Shown: positions 23,532-37,490, counted from the first letter of the whole stretch. The stretch: DNA of 63,715 nucleotides, filler included, from Octopus bimaculoides (GCF_001194135.2; 4 parts of 4 records of this genome joined end to end with filler, not necessarily neighbours in it); one strand, 5' to 3'. Notes: generated from the sequence alone by a model not told the origin. Program-made: numbers and translations.

Positions 23532-23747
23532 GTTCACTATTATATATAAATATATGCATTTATATATACGTGGTTTTCTGCTGGGAAGATGGTTGATGGT
23601 GAGAACTTTGGTGTGGTTGAATGTTGAATGGCATAATAACAAAGGAGTTGAGTCCTCTTCAATATGTAAATTTATTTTGTAAGGAGAAATCTTTGCAATT
23701 ACATCACCATGGTTACGACAACATCCACATTGTATATATATATATAT

Positions 23748-23778
<31 letters not shown>

Positions 23779-23939
23779 CAAGAGTTACGGAATGGAGTGG
23801 ATAAGATCCCGGTTACATATGTTTCACGGTGAGTGGAACCTCAGAAGTGGTAAATAGCCAAGCAAGGTGTATACTGCAGGCTACTCTTCACACCAAGGAT
23901 ATCTTGATTACATGAAATGTTACAATGTCGCAAGGAGGT

Positions 23940-24075
23940 ACATGTTGACGCCATAAAAAAAAACTATGCCAAAACTGACAACTGGAGTCTGGTGCAGTCC
24001 TCTGGCTTACCAGCTCCTGTCAAACCATCCAACCCATGTCAGGATGGAAAACAGACATTAAATGATGGTAATGAT
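23940..24075 (+). mobile_element. RTE LINE 3' tail
   Basis: GGAGTCTGGTGCAG..CTTACCAGCTCCTGTCAAACC..CCATGTCAGGATGGAAAACAGACATTAAATGATG. Confidence 0.7.
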
Positions 24076-24076
24076 A

Positions 24077-24107
<31 letters not shown>

Positions 24108-26348
24108 ATATGTGTATATGTTTTTGTATGTGTGTGTGTGTATGTGCATCTTTGTGTTTGCTTTAGTTATTTCACCACTGGACTAATTGTGTTGGTTTGT
24201 TTGCATCACTATAGCTTAATGGTTTAACAAAAAGAGAATGGAGGAGTAGATACCAGACTTACAATATGTCCTGGAATCAATTTCTTTGATTATATCCCTC
24301 AAGGCAATGCTCCAGCATGGCTGTAGTTCAACGAATGAAACTAGCAAAAAGGTAAAAGAATAATAGAAATGGTTAGCTGACGAGCCTTCAAAACTCTACA
24401 GAACTGACCACCACACATGAAAAAGGACAAGTCATCACTACAAACTAAAATCAAATACATAATAAGATAAAAACAAATAAAAAAAATCAGAAAGTGGGTG
24501 AGCACACAAGAGCTTATAGAAATAATCATTTGAATATCCAGCTACAACAAAAATCTCTTTGGCCTTGCATAAAATAACAAATGGAATAATAACATGCATC
24601 ACACAGAATAAGCAGAATAAACAATGAGGAGTATCTAAGAGAAACAATAAATAAAACAGAAGAATTGACCATAACAAAATCAATCAACATGGATCAATGA
24701 GAATATTCTCCCAAGCTATGAACAAACAAATGTTTCAGGGAAAAATAGCTAAATACAACTAGAAATTCACCCCACAAGAAATTCTTTCAGCTGAAACAAA
24801 GCAGAACATGAATATGCTAAATAACACAATTTACTTAGTAGTCAAGTAGTATGATGAGAAGCCAGGCTCAACTTAAAGAGAGAAAGCCCACCTCCTCCTG
24901 CAAAATAAACAAGGAATAATAATGATAAATAAATAGCAGCAGAAAGAAAATGTATAACAAAGAGAGAAAAGGCCTATCATTACTTAACATAAGAAAAAGG
25001 GTGGGGACCTAATAGAGAAAAGAAATAAACTAAACAAATATTGATAGAAAAATGTGTATAGTAGCAGGAATAGAGAAAGAAAATGAAAACAACTGCTTCT
25101 CCTGGCAAACCATGCTGGATAAAATACTTTGAAATAAATGAACATTTCTTCCATTTGAATCATGTATTTGAAAACAAATACTAAAACATTTTACTGGAAC
25201 ATTACTAAAAAAAAAATATATTGAGAGACATACCAGCATTAATAGAAATCAAGTCATTCTGAAAATAAAAGAATGGAATAACGATATTCAACAGAATAAA
25301 GATGCACAATGTACAAGAGAGAGAGAGAGAAAGATGGAAGGGGAGAGGGGGAGAGAGAGGGGGAGGACCCTCCCCATTCTCCGCTAAAACCAATAACATC
25401 ATAGACATGGCTCAGCATAACTAATGGGGATTTCACCAACACGGTTCTAAACTGCTAGCAACTGGAATTTTTAATATCCCAAGTTCAGGCTAACACACTT
25501 AACCAGTTATGTATGGAGTTATAGCAACTACATTCATTGAATTATCAGAGAGACGAAAATCAGCACCTGACTGGTTACTAGCAGGGGAAAAAATATACTC
25601 CTTCTTAAAAACAAAAAAATGCAGACAAATAGACTGTTTATCAGTGATATATAAATGTCCTTACATCAATACTTCACTAACAAGCTGGTTCTACATCTGC
25701 AAGATTATAGTATTTTAGCAGAAGAGTAGAAAGGGTGTTAGAAAGAGACAGAAAATAAATAAAGCAGTTATTGAAAATTAAAATAACAACAACAACAAAT
25801 ATACCCCCACGCAAAAAAAAAAATCTTAAAGCCTTAATTAGATTGAATGCCTAAAAATCTTTTTATAGCATACTACATTTCTGAATATTAGTGGCTCTAT
25901 ACACAGATAAAATATTCCCTGTGCCAAAGCAGTGTATTAACCATGCTTTGTGAAAATAGAAAATAGAAAATGATTAATAAAAACAAAACAAAAAATTCCA
26001 GTCATGTCCTTGTAAAATAGGGAAATTTTTGACAACTCCTTATTTCCTATAGACTGTTGGTTACAAAAAATATTGTGTAGCTGCAAAACATTTTCTCTGT
26101 ATAAACAATTTTAAACTGAGAAAACCTATACATTTGAGAAAAAAAGGGTAAACATTAAAGTTAGAATTATTGTGGAATTAAATAGATGTATGAAAGTTAT
26201 TTGAGCAGGAAACAGTTGAAGAAAAATTCTTAAGCACTGAATTTAGAGAACTGAAACCTAACAGATACGAATACATAGAAGTAAAAGCAACTGATATAAT
26301 ATAACTTACAGAAGTTAAAAGAAAAAATTAGAAAACTGTACTGTAGAC

Positions 26349-26680
26349 TGGTGGTTCTCAACCATTTTTTACACTTATGAACCCCCTTTAATTACTATCT
26401 TACTCTGATGGACACCTCATAGCCATTCAATGTTTAAAAATTAGTTTTGTAGAAATTTCTTTTAAAATTCTGAATCAGTGGCCAGAAACATGTTAAACTA
26501 TGTAAAACAGCGAAAGAAACTTAGTTTTGTTTTTTGCAATAAATACATTTAAAACAAAATTTTTTCATGGACCCTTATAAATACTACTGCGAATCCCCAC
26601 TTTACTATTTTGCTTGCATGAACCCCAGAAGTATTGTATAGACCCATGAGAATCATATGGATCCTGGTTGAGAACCACTG
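26349..26680. mobile_element. hAT-type MITE
   Basis: TIRs (T)GGTGGTTCTCAACC and GGTTGAGAACCACTG, perfect 8-bp TSD CTGTAGAC at 26341-48 and 26681-88, and internal GGACCC sub-terminal motifs. Confidence 0.92.
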
Positions 26681-27317
26681 CTGTAGACTGTGGTCAGGTC
26701 AGGCTCTATGTGCTATTTGCACCATGTAATGCAGAATAATCTGTCTCATGATTGGGTAGTCAGTGTCTAAACTTCTCTACCCTTATCCAGTTTATTGATT
26801 AAGGAGGGTGTAAGGGTATCCATCAGGATTAAGATTAAAATTTGTCAAATGATGAAAGAGGCTAACAGATGACAGCTAACACTACCTGGAGGGGTGGTAG
26901 GCTCTGCAAAGTTATTTACCTTTTGAAAGGCATATTGCTGTGTACATCCTTCAGTGACAGATTTAGAAAGAAGGAAAACTACTGATTAATAATAGTACAA
27001 ACTTAAAACCAGTAATAAGATTATAAGGTATAAATGTAGTAGTCATTATGATCATAAACTACAGTGTCTTTATTTTAGATTGAAAGTTAAATTAATGAAA
27101 ATGCTGACATCAAAAACTGGGAAACTATTAACTGCATTCTGAAATCAGCACTCTAAAGCTGATCTGGACTTATCATGTACACACATGAAGAAATAGCACA
27201 AATTAACCATTGTGAGTCTATTGAAACTTAGAAGCAAACATTTGCAGACTGGTTAGTATAAGAAGAAAAAAAAAAACCCATTTATCTTTGAATGAGAAAA
27301 AAACTAAGTACAAAATA

Positions 27318-28780
27318 TTGATGTTTTTGATCTAGTTTGGATTCTTTGCCATCAAATTTGAATTATTTGCAATCAAAATTGAATTTTTCAAAGGGACTTT
27401 GTAAAACAAGCTAAAATGCAGAAAACGGTCAACAGGCATGCGCTGAAGTGTTGCGAACGGTAGAAAGTAGGAGTCTTCATCCTCGAAAGAATATTTGATG
27501 ACCACAAATCGATTGGAAGCTAGTTTCTCAAAATTGGTGCTCAAGCCTTGAAAAAAAAAAAAGATTTAAACTACATCAGCCGTAAGGGAATACATGCCTC
27601 TCTTATCAAACTCGTCCAGTAGATCCCACTGTTACTCGAACTTCGATCTAGCCCTGAGCTTGGGATAACAAACTCGAGTTGGATAAACTCAAATAGTAAG
27701 CTCTTTGCTCTTTATAACCGTTTTATGAAGTCACTTTTTTTGTTAAAAAATTGTTCAATTTGCATCTCCTCAAAGTGAACGGACTGGTTCTTTTAAGGCC
27801 ACTCTTGGGTAAAGTTCGAATAGAAAGCTTGAATAGCATAGTTCTCGAATGAAAACTCTGCGAATATCAAGAACTTATGAGCATTACTTTTGCATAATAC
27901 TATTACTAATAGCAATTCACCATATGTAGGCATAAAGGAAAAAATGAACTCATACTAATCATGATATGACGACCTGCCTGAATGCGTCCACGTGTCATCT
28001 AAGACACGTGTATGCCATGTACAATAGATAGTCTAGTTAAAAGACATACCATGGGGGGAGGGAGGATGTAGCATAAACCCGCGCTTTAAAGCAATTTTAT
28101 GCAATTCTGGGGGAGGGGAGGGGTGAAATTACCCTTATGATTAAAAGTTATGATCGACAATTGTTGATTTAAATTAGACCAGGTTTATTAGCTATCCTGA
28201 GATAAGGGTTTTAAAGTTTTCCCAACTGATATTTCTCGCAAAAAATGTTGCAGTTTGTAAAATGTACAAATTATCTGGAAGGAACTGTTCAAACAGACGC
28301 AAAAAATAGAAAAAGAATCATTCGTTTATGATCTCCCCTTGTTCAGACCGGTCGATGTAATGGAACATCTTTTGGTAGAAGCTATCGCAGTGTTCATGAG
28401 TTATTTCATTGAACTTTTCAGACATCAATTGGTAAAGCTCCGGCTCGTTCTTTGCCTTGCCTTAGATAACCGAGCATTTCCAAATGGAGAAAAAGAGTTA
28501 AACTACATCAGCCTTATGGCTGATGTGGTTTAACTCTTTTTTTTTTTCAAGGCTTGAGCACCAATTTTGAGAAACTAGCTTCCAATCGATTTGTGGTCAC
28601 CAAATATTCTTTTGAGGATGAAGACTCCTACTTTCTACCATTTGCAACACCTCAGTGCATGTCTGTTGACTGTTTTCTGCGTTTTAGTTTGTCTTACAAA
28701 GTCCCTTTCAAAAATTCAAATTTGATTGCAAAAAATTCAAATTTGATGGCAAAGAATCCAAACTAGATCGAAAACATCTA
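27318..28780 (-). mobile_element. Non-autonomous IS630/Tc1-like element with about 270-bp TIRs
   Basis: 27318-27587 is the inverted complement of 28512-28780. TA flanks both ends (27316-17 and 28781-82), and a transposase C-terminal remnant lies inside. Confidence 0.85.
28318..28497 (-). pseudogene. C-terminal remnant of a DDE_3-type (IS630/Tc1) transposase
   Basis: LFFSIWKCSVI*GKAKNEPELYQLMSEKFNEITHEHCDSFYQKMFHYIDRSEQGEIINE* resembles the FSxWK segment and terminal helices that follow the catalytic Glu. Confidence 0.55.
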
Positions 28781-29194
28781 TAAAAGCTATGTTCATTGAG
28801 CAAAAAAGGTATAGGCTGAGTAGTTATTAAAAGTGGCAAAGCAACAGAAAAAAGGGAAGGAAAATAGCAAAAGATGAAATTGAAGAGGAACTCTAAAAAA
28901 TGCTAAATAATACATAGGGAAAGAAAATAATTATTAGCATCAGTGTTCTAATAATGCTAATAATGGATTAAAAGATTTGGGGTAAAGTTTGGTACAATAT
29001 TGCAACAAAAGTTATGATACCAAAACAGATTAATAAAGTGATTAATGTCAACTGTTGATTGTGAAATTAACAAAAAAGAAACACTCATCTACATTGCTAT
29101 TCAGTCCTCACTAAGACAAAATATATTACACATACAATCTGGTAGTTAGTTACATCTATTGAGCAATACTTCAGACTAAGTATTGAAAATAAAT

Positions 29195-29232
<38 letters not shown>

Positions 29233-29270
29233 CTAGAATGTGATGATGACTTGTTAATGATATTTTAGAA

Positions 29271-29431
29271 CAGGCATAGGCAACTTTTTTTGAGATAGTG
29301 GGGTTACATGAGATACAGATCATCAAGTAGGCTGCACTACAAAAAAATTCTAGGTAATTTTTCATTATCATACCATTTTGAGAGTCCTGCAGGGTGCAAG
29401 TGACCTGTGGGCTGCAATTTTTCCATAACTG
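29271..29431. mobile_element. Decayed hAT-like MITE
   Basis: Ends CAGGCATAGGCAAC and AATTTTTCCATAACTG with GGGCTGCA sub-terminal motifs. The TSD is not clean. Confidence 0.35.
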
Positions 29432-32400
29432 CTTCAGGACATGCTTGCTGAGACTGATAAAGAGATCAAAGAAAATTGCTTTGATATCTTAGTCAAAGGC
29501 AAACAGGAGAATCAATGCTTACTAATAGATATCCTTCTTATATGCATCAACCAATGGAAATTCAAGTTGAACAGCATCTACATTAATATCAATTTCGGAT
29601 GCTTCCTTGGAAGTATTGTGAGCTCAGAGGGGATGGTAGATGTCAAAGGGTGCCAAAGGGGTAGTGCTGAATGTTTAGAAGTATCAGTTTTTCATAGAAA
29701 TAAAGTGTCTAAACCAGGTAAAATACTAATATTTTGAACCCATTTGAAGGAAAAGTTTTGTTGAAATTAGGATATGAGTAAGACATCGTGTTATCAGTGA
29801 GTGGAAACATGACTGATGATAAGAAAAACTAGTTTCTGTTAGATCAAAATTATCTGCTATTTTTTCTTACTTTTTCTTTTGCTAAATATGGGAAAAAAGA
29901 GATTGTAAAATGCCTTTTGGTGAAAGGGGGCATTGAGTTTCAAAAAAAAAAAAAAAAAAGAATAAAGAATGATGAGTATTGCTCTGGCAAATTCATTGTA
30001 TTCCTTGTCATTTTATTGTCTCTGGGTAAGACCTGTAACAATAACTGCCTCTTGTCTGCTTCATTGACCATATGTTCTACTTCTGCTTCATGATTGAGCA
30101 GTTATTAATGCAAACAGTGTAACTGTGAGTAAGAGTGGAACCTGCCCTACCAATATGGTAATATCAAGATCTGCAAATAAATAAATGAATCTAGTTAAGC
30201 TACTAAAATAGTTGAACTTCTGGATTAAGAAGATTTACACCTTCTAGTTGAGCTTTCTTGTAAGTTCTACAAAATAAGTGTTACAAATTTAAAAAGGGTC
30301 ATTCAATTGATGATGCAAACATATGGTCTTGCGGCATACAAAATGAAATGCTTGTTCCATGTTATTTCTATGGCTACTGTATGATTAAAACTGATTATTA
30401 CTATAATCATGTTATGTCTGTGTTTCTCATAAATTACCGATCTACAGAAACTGCAACTCTGTTTTGATTTGTGGTTACAGCCACTTTATTTATGTATCTA
30501 ATACCTTTGAGAAGTGTATGGGCATCCAAATTTTATTCCACTCTTAAATTACTGAGGCTGGTATAAGAAATCAATTTAATGATTGATCTAACGAGCAGAA
30601 GAATAAAAAAATTCAGTTTTCCTTTGAATGTTTGTAAAGATTTATTTTATTACAATGGATAATTTTTTTTAACCACAAAAAGGATCAAAATTTTCTTTTA
30701 ACAACCCTTCAATAATTTGTCACAAGGCAGTGTTAAAACAGCAAGTTCATGTAATTATCAAAGTCTTTGTGCACACACTGTTTGTATTTTTCACTTTTGC
30801 TTCTCATTAGCCATGGTTTGCATTGTTGAGAGAGTCTCGGTCAGCAAAGCTTTCACCTGCGATATCAATAATGTCAGTATTGACTAATTAATAAAGAATT
30901 AATCTCCAATAAAAGCAGAGTTAAGTCAATACTCGATTTTTCTCTTGAAACAACTTCCTTTCAATCAACCTGTAAAGTAAATATGAAGAGCATTGAAAGC
31001 AAATAGATAAATTATTGACCAGTTTAAATACTGCATTTCTATACTGTAACGAGTATTTCTTACATTTAAAGATAAGATGAGGATAAACAGTTATTTTATG
31101 AATATTTGCTTATTTCGTTTTTAGTTTTCTTCTTTTATTTAAAACTTCATCATTTATTATCTGGAACATTCAGATAAACACTTCAAAGCAGAGAGTTGTA
31201 GTTAGTAGCATGTGACAGAAGCCTTAGTTGTGTAGAGAATAAATAACTTTGTAACATTAAAAAATTTTTTTATAGTATAAACAATTTGCTGATCTTAGAA
31301 GAGAGATTTCCTAGACAGAACCAATGAATAAACAAACATCTACACACCAAGCAACTTATTAAATATGGTTTTTAAGTCACTGATATTTTTTTTTATTTTA
31401 TTCTTTTGATTTACTACTTTCTTCAGATTTGCAACATCTGGGAATCAGGGTTTTTCTTTTTGAAACCGGAATCCCTTAGCTGCTAATAACTGCCAATGGA
31501 TTATGTTTTGGGAGCAAGCTGTTTCCAGCTTATGTAAAGTTCTCTTTTTATCTTCTATTAAAGGGTCAACTATGTTATTGAATTTGTTTACACCAGCTTC
31601 TCTTTGATAAAGTGTTTTTACTCTTGTGTAGTCCTCTGTGGGAAATAAAATGCCCTTGGGTCTTGCTGGGATTTTCTTGAATGAATGAATACATAACATT
31701 TGTATTGCACCACAATTGCTTAAAAGAAAGAACTTAGTTATCTGAGGGCACAATATATTAAAGTTCAATATGTGTTAAAGAACAAAAATAGATGTGATTG
31801 ACTCTTGAGGCAAAAGAACAATAATCGCAAAACAACAGGTGTTTGTCATGAAGTTAAAATACATCAATTGAACAAGACAGCTGGAGACCAACAAGAAAAG
31901 TACTCCAATATCCTGGGATGTAGAAAATGAAAGCACTGTTATGTTGTTAATACTTCAATAATGATTTTAAGTCCTATGTAAATATTGGTTAGTCTTTCAT
32001 ATGAAGAGGTTCAAAATAGCAATAGGATCAATGCCATGAAGGTATTTATATATAAGTATTAATGGAATTTTTAATGATGTCTTCTGATCAATTATGATTT
32101 TGTGATGTTTTTCCTTGCAAACTTTTGACACTCCCAGAAGTTGATTTCAGTTAAAAATTTTGGCATTTATTATTGTTGTTGTTGTTTGGCTCCAGGTAAA
32201 CTGATTGAGTAGGTCTAAGATCAAAAGCATTCCAGCTATGATAATACCATCCTTTTAGAAGTATCTAGGACCACATTATCCAATGTATCCTCTTTTCTTT
32301 TAAGATGATAGCATTTGAATTGAAAAAGATTTGGCTATTATTTCTAGCAGATTGAACAACCATGCTGAAACTTCTCAGATATTTCATTGTGGCTGGTTGA

Positions 32401-32477
32401 CTGCTATCCTGTGACATGGACATATAACTTGCTGTAAAGTACAACAAACATATTGTCTTACTTTACATAAAGTGAAC

Positions 32478-32990
32478 TAGGTGCAGGTGTGGCTGTGTGG
32501 TAAGAAGCTTGATTCACAACTACATGATTCCAGGTTCAGTCCCACTGCATGGGACCTTGGGCAGATGTCTTCTACTATAGCTCTGAGCTGACCAAAATCT
32601 TATGAGTGGATTTGATAGAGAGAATCTGAAAGAAGCCTGTTGTATATATATATACATATATATAATATGTGAGTGTATGTGTGTGTCTTTGTGTCTGTGT
32701 TTGTCCCTCACCACCATTTGACAGCTGGTGTTGCTGACATCTAGAGTTTTGAATCCAGCTATTGGCTGAGTCCATCATGAGGTTTGTTACATCACCCACA
32801 ATGCAGAGAAGACAGTGGCTTTGGCAAAAGAGATCATGTGGTGAGTAAAGTTAAAAGAATCGAGGATAGTGACACCTGCTCTTTTGGTCCATGCCTTCAC
32901 TGTCAATAAAATAAAGTACCAGTCAAATGCTGGGTTGATCTAATCAACCTCCTACCACAAATTGCTGACTTTGTGCTAAAATTTGAAACC
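32478..32990 (+). mobile_element. tRNA-headed SINE, composite with an OK-like tail
   Basis: GGTGCAGGTGTGGCTGTGTGGTAAG head and core, (TA)/(TG)n, and later ATAAAGTACCAGTC..AATTTGAAACC. Confidence 0.7.
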
Positions 32991-33819
32991 CTATTTCCAC
33001 TCGATATTATCGATATCATTCAATATAATGAGTCCTTTTTTCTTTAATTCTTTATGCTTGTACATTATATAATCCTTAAGCTTACTGTCAATAACCATCC
33101 CCTAGTTTATGAAAAAATTACGAAAATCCTTGTATAGAACCGTGCACTTCACAGTTCCAGTGACGTGGTGTTTGGCTGTTGTGTGCATGCTTACATGTCT
33201 GAGATAGGAAGCTGCATGCTAGGGAGAGAGAGCACCGTACTTCATGCAGTGCTGACCCTGGTGTGCTGGTGAAAGGTAGTATTTCTTTTCGACTCTGCAT
33301 GTGTTATGCTTTAAAATGTGTTTATATTCTTGAATGTGATAAAGTGTAGAATTAGATTATTATCTTGCTTCCAGCTACAGTGCTGCTGCCATGATTTGAA
33401 AAATAGGGCAGATTTTCCCCCCTTATTTTGAGATTTAGGGGGGATTTTTGAAAAACAAGGGGGTATTTGTGGTGGTGTTCAGTGAACAAATCAAACACAC
33501 TACCTGGCAGTGGCTTAAATGTGAACCGATCAAGTTTATATATAAATTTTCTTTTTATATGTTTGTTTCTTTTTACACAATATTAAAACAATGGTTAAAA
33601 ATTTTCTGAAGCAGCACCCCAACTAATTTTATCTATGAGCTGCCACTGGGAGTAGAGTTTCTTCTCTCTTGTTGGCTATTTTTGATTGGAATTGATTAGC
33701 ACTCTCAAGTCCAATTTTGGTAAATCCTTCTGCATTAGCACCATACTGTATTAGGCCTTGCTTGCTGTTTACCAAATATTCTGCCATAATTCTTTTTTTA
33801 CTGTTGATGCATTCCTATA

Positions 33820-34900
33820 TGCTAATCAGCTCATGTCCACCTTTACACCTTTTCATGTAGAGCCTGTGTGTATGTTTGCCTTAAGGTGGAGGGTGCCATG
33901 CATTATCATAATCTTTTGAGTAGTGTGATTGGCTTGGTTAATCTCCGCTTGTGCCCATTTCAGGATGGGTACACTATAATGGACTACAGCAATAGCCCAT
34001 ATGTTGATGATAGTCACCAGGTTCCTTGAGTTCAGTTTTGATTTCGAGATAAGTTTGAGGTGCTTCAAATATGCAGTGCTGACCTTGACTTTCATTTCTC
34101 TGTGCAAGATATAGTCCAGCTCCAGGATCCTAAGGTACTTGTACCCATCATCATCTGGGTCATCCATTCTCTCTCCATTTGGCGATTCTATGCCCTTACA
34201 ATCTGCTCTTCCCCATCCTTTTTGAAAGTGAGTACAACACACTTTGAGGTACCGAATTCCATCCCTATATCCTTGCTGCACATCAGTACAGTCTCAACCA
34301 GCTTCTCCATTTCAGGCTCTGTTCTTGCAAACAGTTTTAAATCATCCATGAAGAGAAGGTGGTTGTGACGAGGTCCATTCTTTCTCAGCTCATAGTGTGC
34401 ATTGACTTTGTGTAGTACTACAGAAAATGGGATCAAGGCTATAACAAATAACAAAGGGGAACAAGAGTTTCCTTGGAAGATACCACTTTTGATTGTTACC
34501 TCAACTAAGTGCTGGTTGTTACAAGAAAGACATGTTTCAACTAGGCATGCTGTTCTTAATCAGTGCACACACGTTCTCAGTTATTTCACACATGTCGAGT
34601 GTTTCCAAAATCCACGAATGCGTCAACATGTCATAAGCCTTTTTAAAGTCTATTCAGGCTATGCGCAAGTTTTTTGGTACCATTTGCAGTTTTTCATTAC
34701 AACTTTGTCTATCCTTTTTGGCACCCCTTTTGTTCCACTGGAAGTAGATTGTTTTCTGCAAGGAATATATATATTTTCGCTGTGAGGATGTCTGTTAATA
34801 TGTTCCATAAGAGGTTAAGACAAGCAATGGGTCGATAATTGCCAACTTCATTGCCCTTTGCCCAATCTTTCATCAACAATGATGAAATAAGTACCAGTTG
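33820..34900 (-). mobile_element. R4/Dong-like RLE-type non-LTR retrotransposon, RT fragment
   Basis: LFVIALIPFS..NHLLFMDDLKLFAR..DIGMEFGTSKC, GYKYLRILE and SKLNSRNLVTIINIWAIAVVHYS, with frameshifts. Confidence 0.85.
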
Positions 34901-34969
34901 AATACAGGGTCAGTAATCATCTAACCCTCTTCCAAAATTTGAAATCATCACCATTATTTTCATTTTTCA

Positions 34970-35180
34970 GGAAGTGAGCTGGAAGAATCATTTGCATGCT
35001 GGACAAAATGCTTAGCGGCATTTCTTGCAGCTTTGTGCTCTGAGTTCAAATTCTGCTGAGGTCAAACTTTGTTTTTCATTCTTTTGAGATTGTTAAAATA
35101 AACACCAGTAGAGTACTGGGGTAAATATAATCATTTAGCAATCTTCCCCAAAATTTCAGGCCTTGTGACTATAGTTGGAA
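34970..35180 (+). mobile_element. OK-like SINE (further decayed copies at about 35660-35845, 36630-36815, 37514-37678, 38120-38455, 43869-44100, 45405-45610)
   Basis: GTGAGCTGG..AATGCTTAGC..GAGTTCAAATTC..GATAAAATAAGTACC..AAAATTTCAGGCCTT. Confidence 0.75.
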
Positions 35181-35326
35181 GAATTATTATAATTTTTTCA
35201 TTAAAAATTTTTTTAATTATTTCTTAGTATATGTAAACCCCCGCACTTTATGTCTGTCTCTGTATTGTCCCCCTCATCTTTCACCCTTGTGGTAAATAAA
35301 TGAAATCATCATCATCATCATCATCA

Positions 35327-35366
<40 letters not shown>

Positions 35367-35467
35367 ATAATTGCTCAACATTTGGTAGTTTGAGGCAAAT
35401 TTCTACTGCATCACTTGCTACGCTTCCATGTTGCTGGGGTGTGTGCAGCATTGTATGTGCTTTTCTG

Positions 35468-35660
<193 letters not shown>

Positions 35661-35847
35661 GGTGGTGAGCAGGCAGAATCGTTAGCACACTGGGCAAAAT
35701 GCTTAGTAAAATTTTGTCTGTCTATGTTCAGAGTTCAAATGCAGCTGAAATTGATTTGCCTTTCATCCTTTTGGGGTTGATAAAATAAGTACCAGCTGAG
35801 CAGTGGGGTCAAACTTGCTGGTCCTTTGCCAAAATTTGAAATCATCA

Positions 35848-35879
<32 letters not shown>

Positions 35880-36829
35880 TTGATGGCTAAAAATATTTAA
35901 TGGAAAACTGTAATGAGATATGTACAATGTCAGAAAGGCAATTAAAGAGATTTTTTCCCTTTTTTATAAATTCAGTACCAAATATAGAACAAAAGAAAAT
36001 GATTTTACAATAAATCTGAAAGAATTGTTGAAAATAATCAAACCTATTCCATTTGATAAATGATTTATTTTGATGTATGAATTATTTGATTTTTAGTTAG
36101 GCATTGACATGTGCAATATTAATTTCTTGTCAACTAAATGTATATAAATGTATATATATATGTGTGTGTGTTTATGCAAGTGCTTATGCGTGTCTGGTAT
36201 CTGTGCGTATATGTATAGGTGTCTGTATATAATCACCTTGTCTGAGTGGGCTACATATTGTCCTCTCTGGCAAACAGTCAACAGTTCATATAACATCAAT
36301 TAAGCAGTGTGTTCTTGGACAAGATAGTGAACATTTGATTTATCAAGGTTCCACATGAAAAATAGTACCATAATATTACTATAATGGTACTGTTTAATCG
36401 GTGAATGAGTCATTAGTTTGAAGTTATGAGTTTAACACCCACTAATTTAACCTATCCCTACTGAGCTACATGTAATTGGTCTGCAACAGAGGGTATCTTT
36501 TAATTTATCATTATGATTGTTGTTGCTGTTGTTTTTGTTGTTGTTGTTGCTCTTGGTATTATTACTATCATCATCATCGTCGTCGTCGTCATCGTTTTCA
36601 TCATCGTCATCATCACCATCATCATTATTAAGGCAGTGGGTGAAATGCTTAACAGCATTTCATCCATCTTTATGCTCTGAGTGCAAATTCTCTTAAGGTT
36701 GACTTTGCCTTTCATCCTTTTGGGTGTCGATAAATTAAGTATCAGTGAAACACTGGGGTCGATGTAATTGACTAGCCCCTCTGCCCAAAATTTCAGGCCT
36801 TATGGTAGAAAGGATTATTATTATTACTA

Positions 36830-37490
36830 TTGAGTAAGAGAGCAGTGCTTGCCATCAAAGTGACACTGGAGTACAAATATACGAAGCCCAGTATACACAT
36901 TATGACTACCTATCTGATAAAGGTACACCAAGAACATGCATCACGACCATATGTATGTGACATGGTGAGCTCATATCAAGATAAACAGCGCATGACCTTG
37001 CAGGTAGGGCCCAGTTAGAATTTTCTTCAGATCGAGTAGCTGGTCCCACTCAAAAGGTCCCTGAATAAGGTTTGTTTTAAGGATGTTGAATGAAACACCT
37101 ATGTTTCCAGATCTGAATTATTCAAACCCCAAAGAATTCCTCTCAACACATGGCCATGATGCTCCACCACTACTTCTGCTCATGATCAGAGATGCACATA
37201 TCAACAGCCACCAAGGGACATGTTCAACTGGTTAAAGTCAAGCAACTGCCAAGCAAGTCTGTTGTATTGAGCAGAATATTTGCTGTAGCCCATCTTTTAT
37301 ATTAAGACAAAACATGTACATGATAACACTTCCAATCAGTTAAGCTGAGAAGCCATGAGAGCCACTGCTTGGTACTGCATCAGAGCATTTATTATTATTA
37401 TTATCATCATTATTTCTGAGTGAGAGAGCAGTGCATGCCATCAAAGTGACACTGAGCTACAATATATGAAGCCCAATATACCCATCATGA
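36830..37490. mobile_element. Interspersed repeat with a partial direct re-copy (36830-36905 repeated at about 37417-37490), bounded by (ATT)n
   Basis: GAGAGCAGTGC(T/A)TGCCATCAAAGTGACACTG..GAAGCCCA..ATGACT occurs twice. Confidence 0.5.

Noticed and set aside
27332-28766. Two similar 70-aa ORFs (MSTNFEKLASNRF...) on opposite strands, which could look like a duplicated small gene
   Set aside because: They are the two TIRs of the transposon. A substitution pattern and function cannot be supported.
29843-30025. Open frame with an ankyrin-like AKYGKKEIVKCLLVKGG and a hydrophobic end before a GTAAG donor
   Set aside because: It spans an A18 homopolymer and a T-rich tract and lacks the TPLH part of the repeat, so it is most likely a chance AT-rich ORF.
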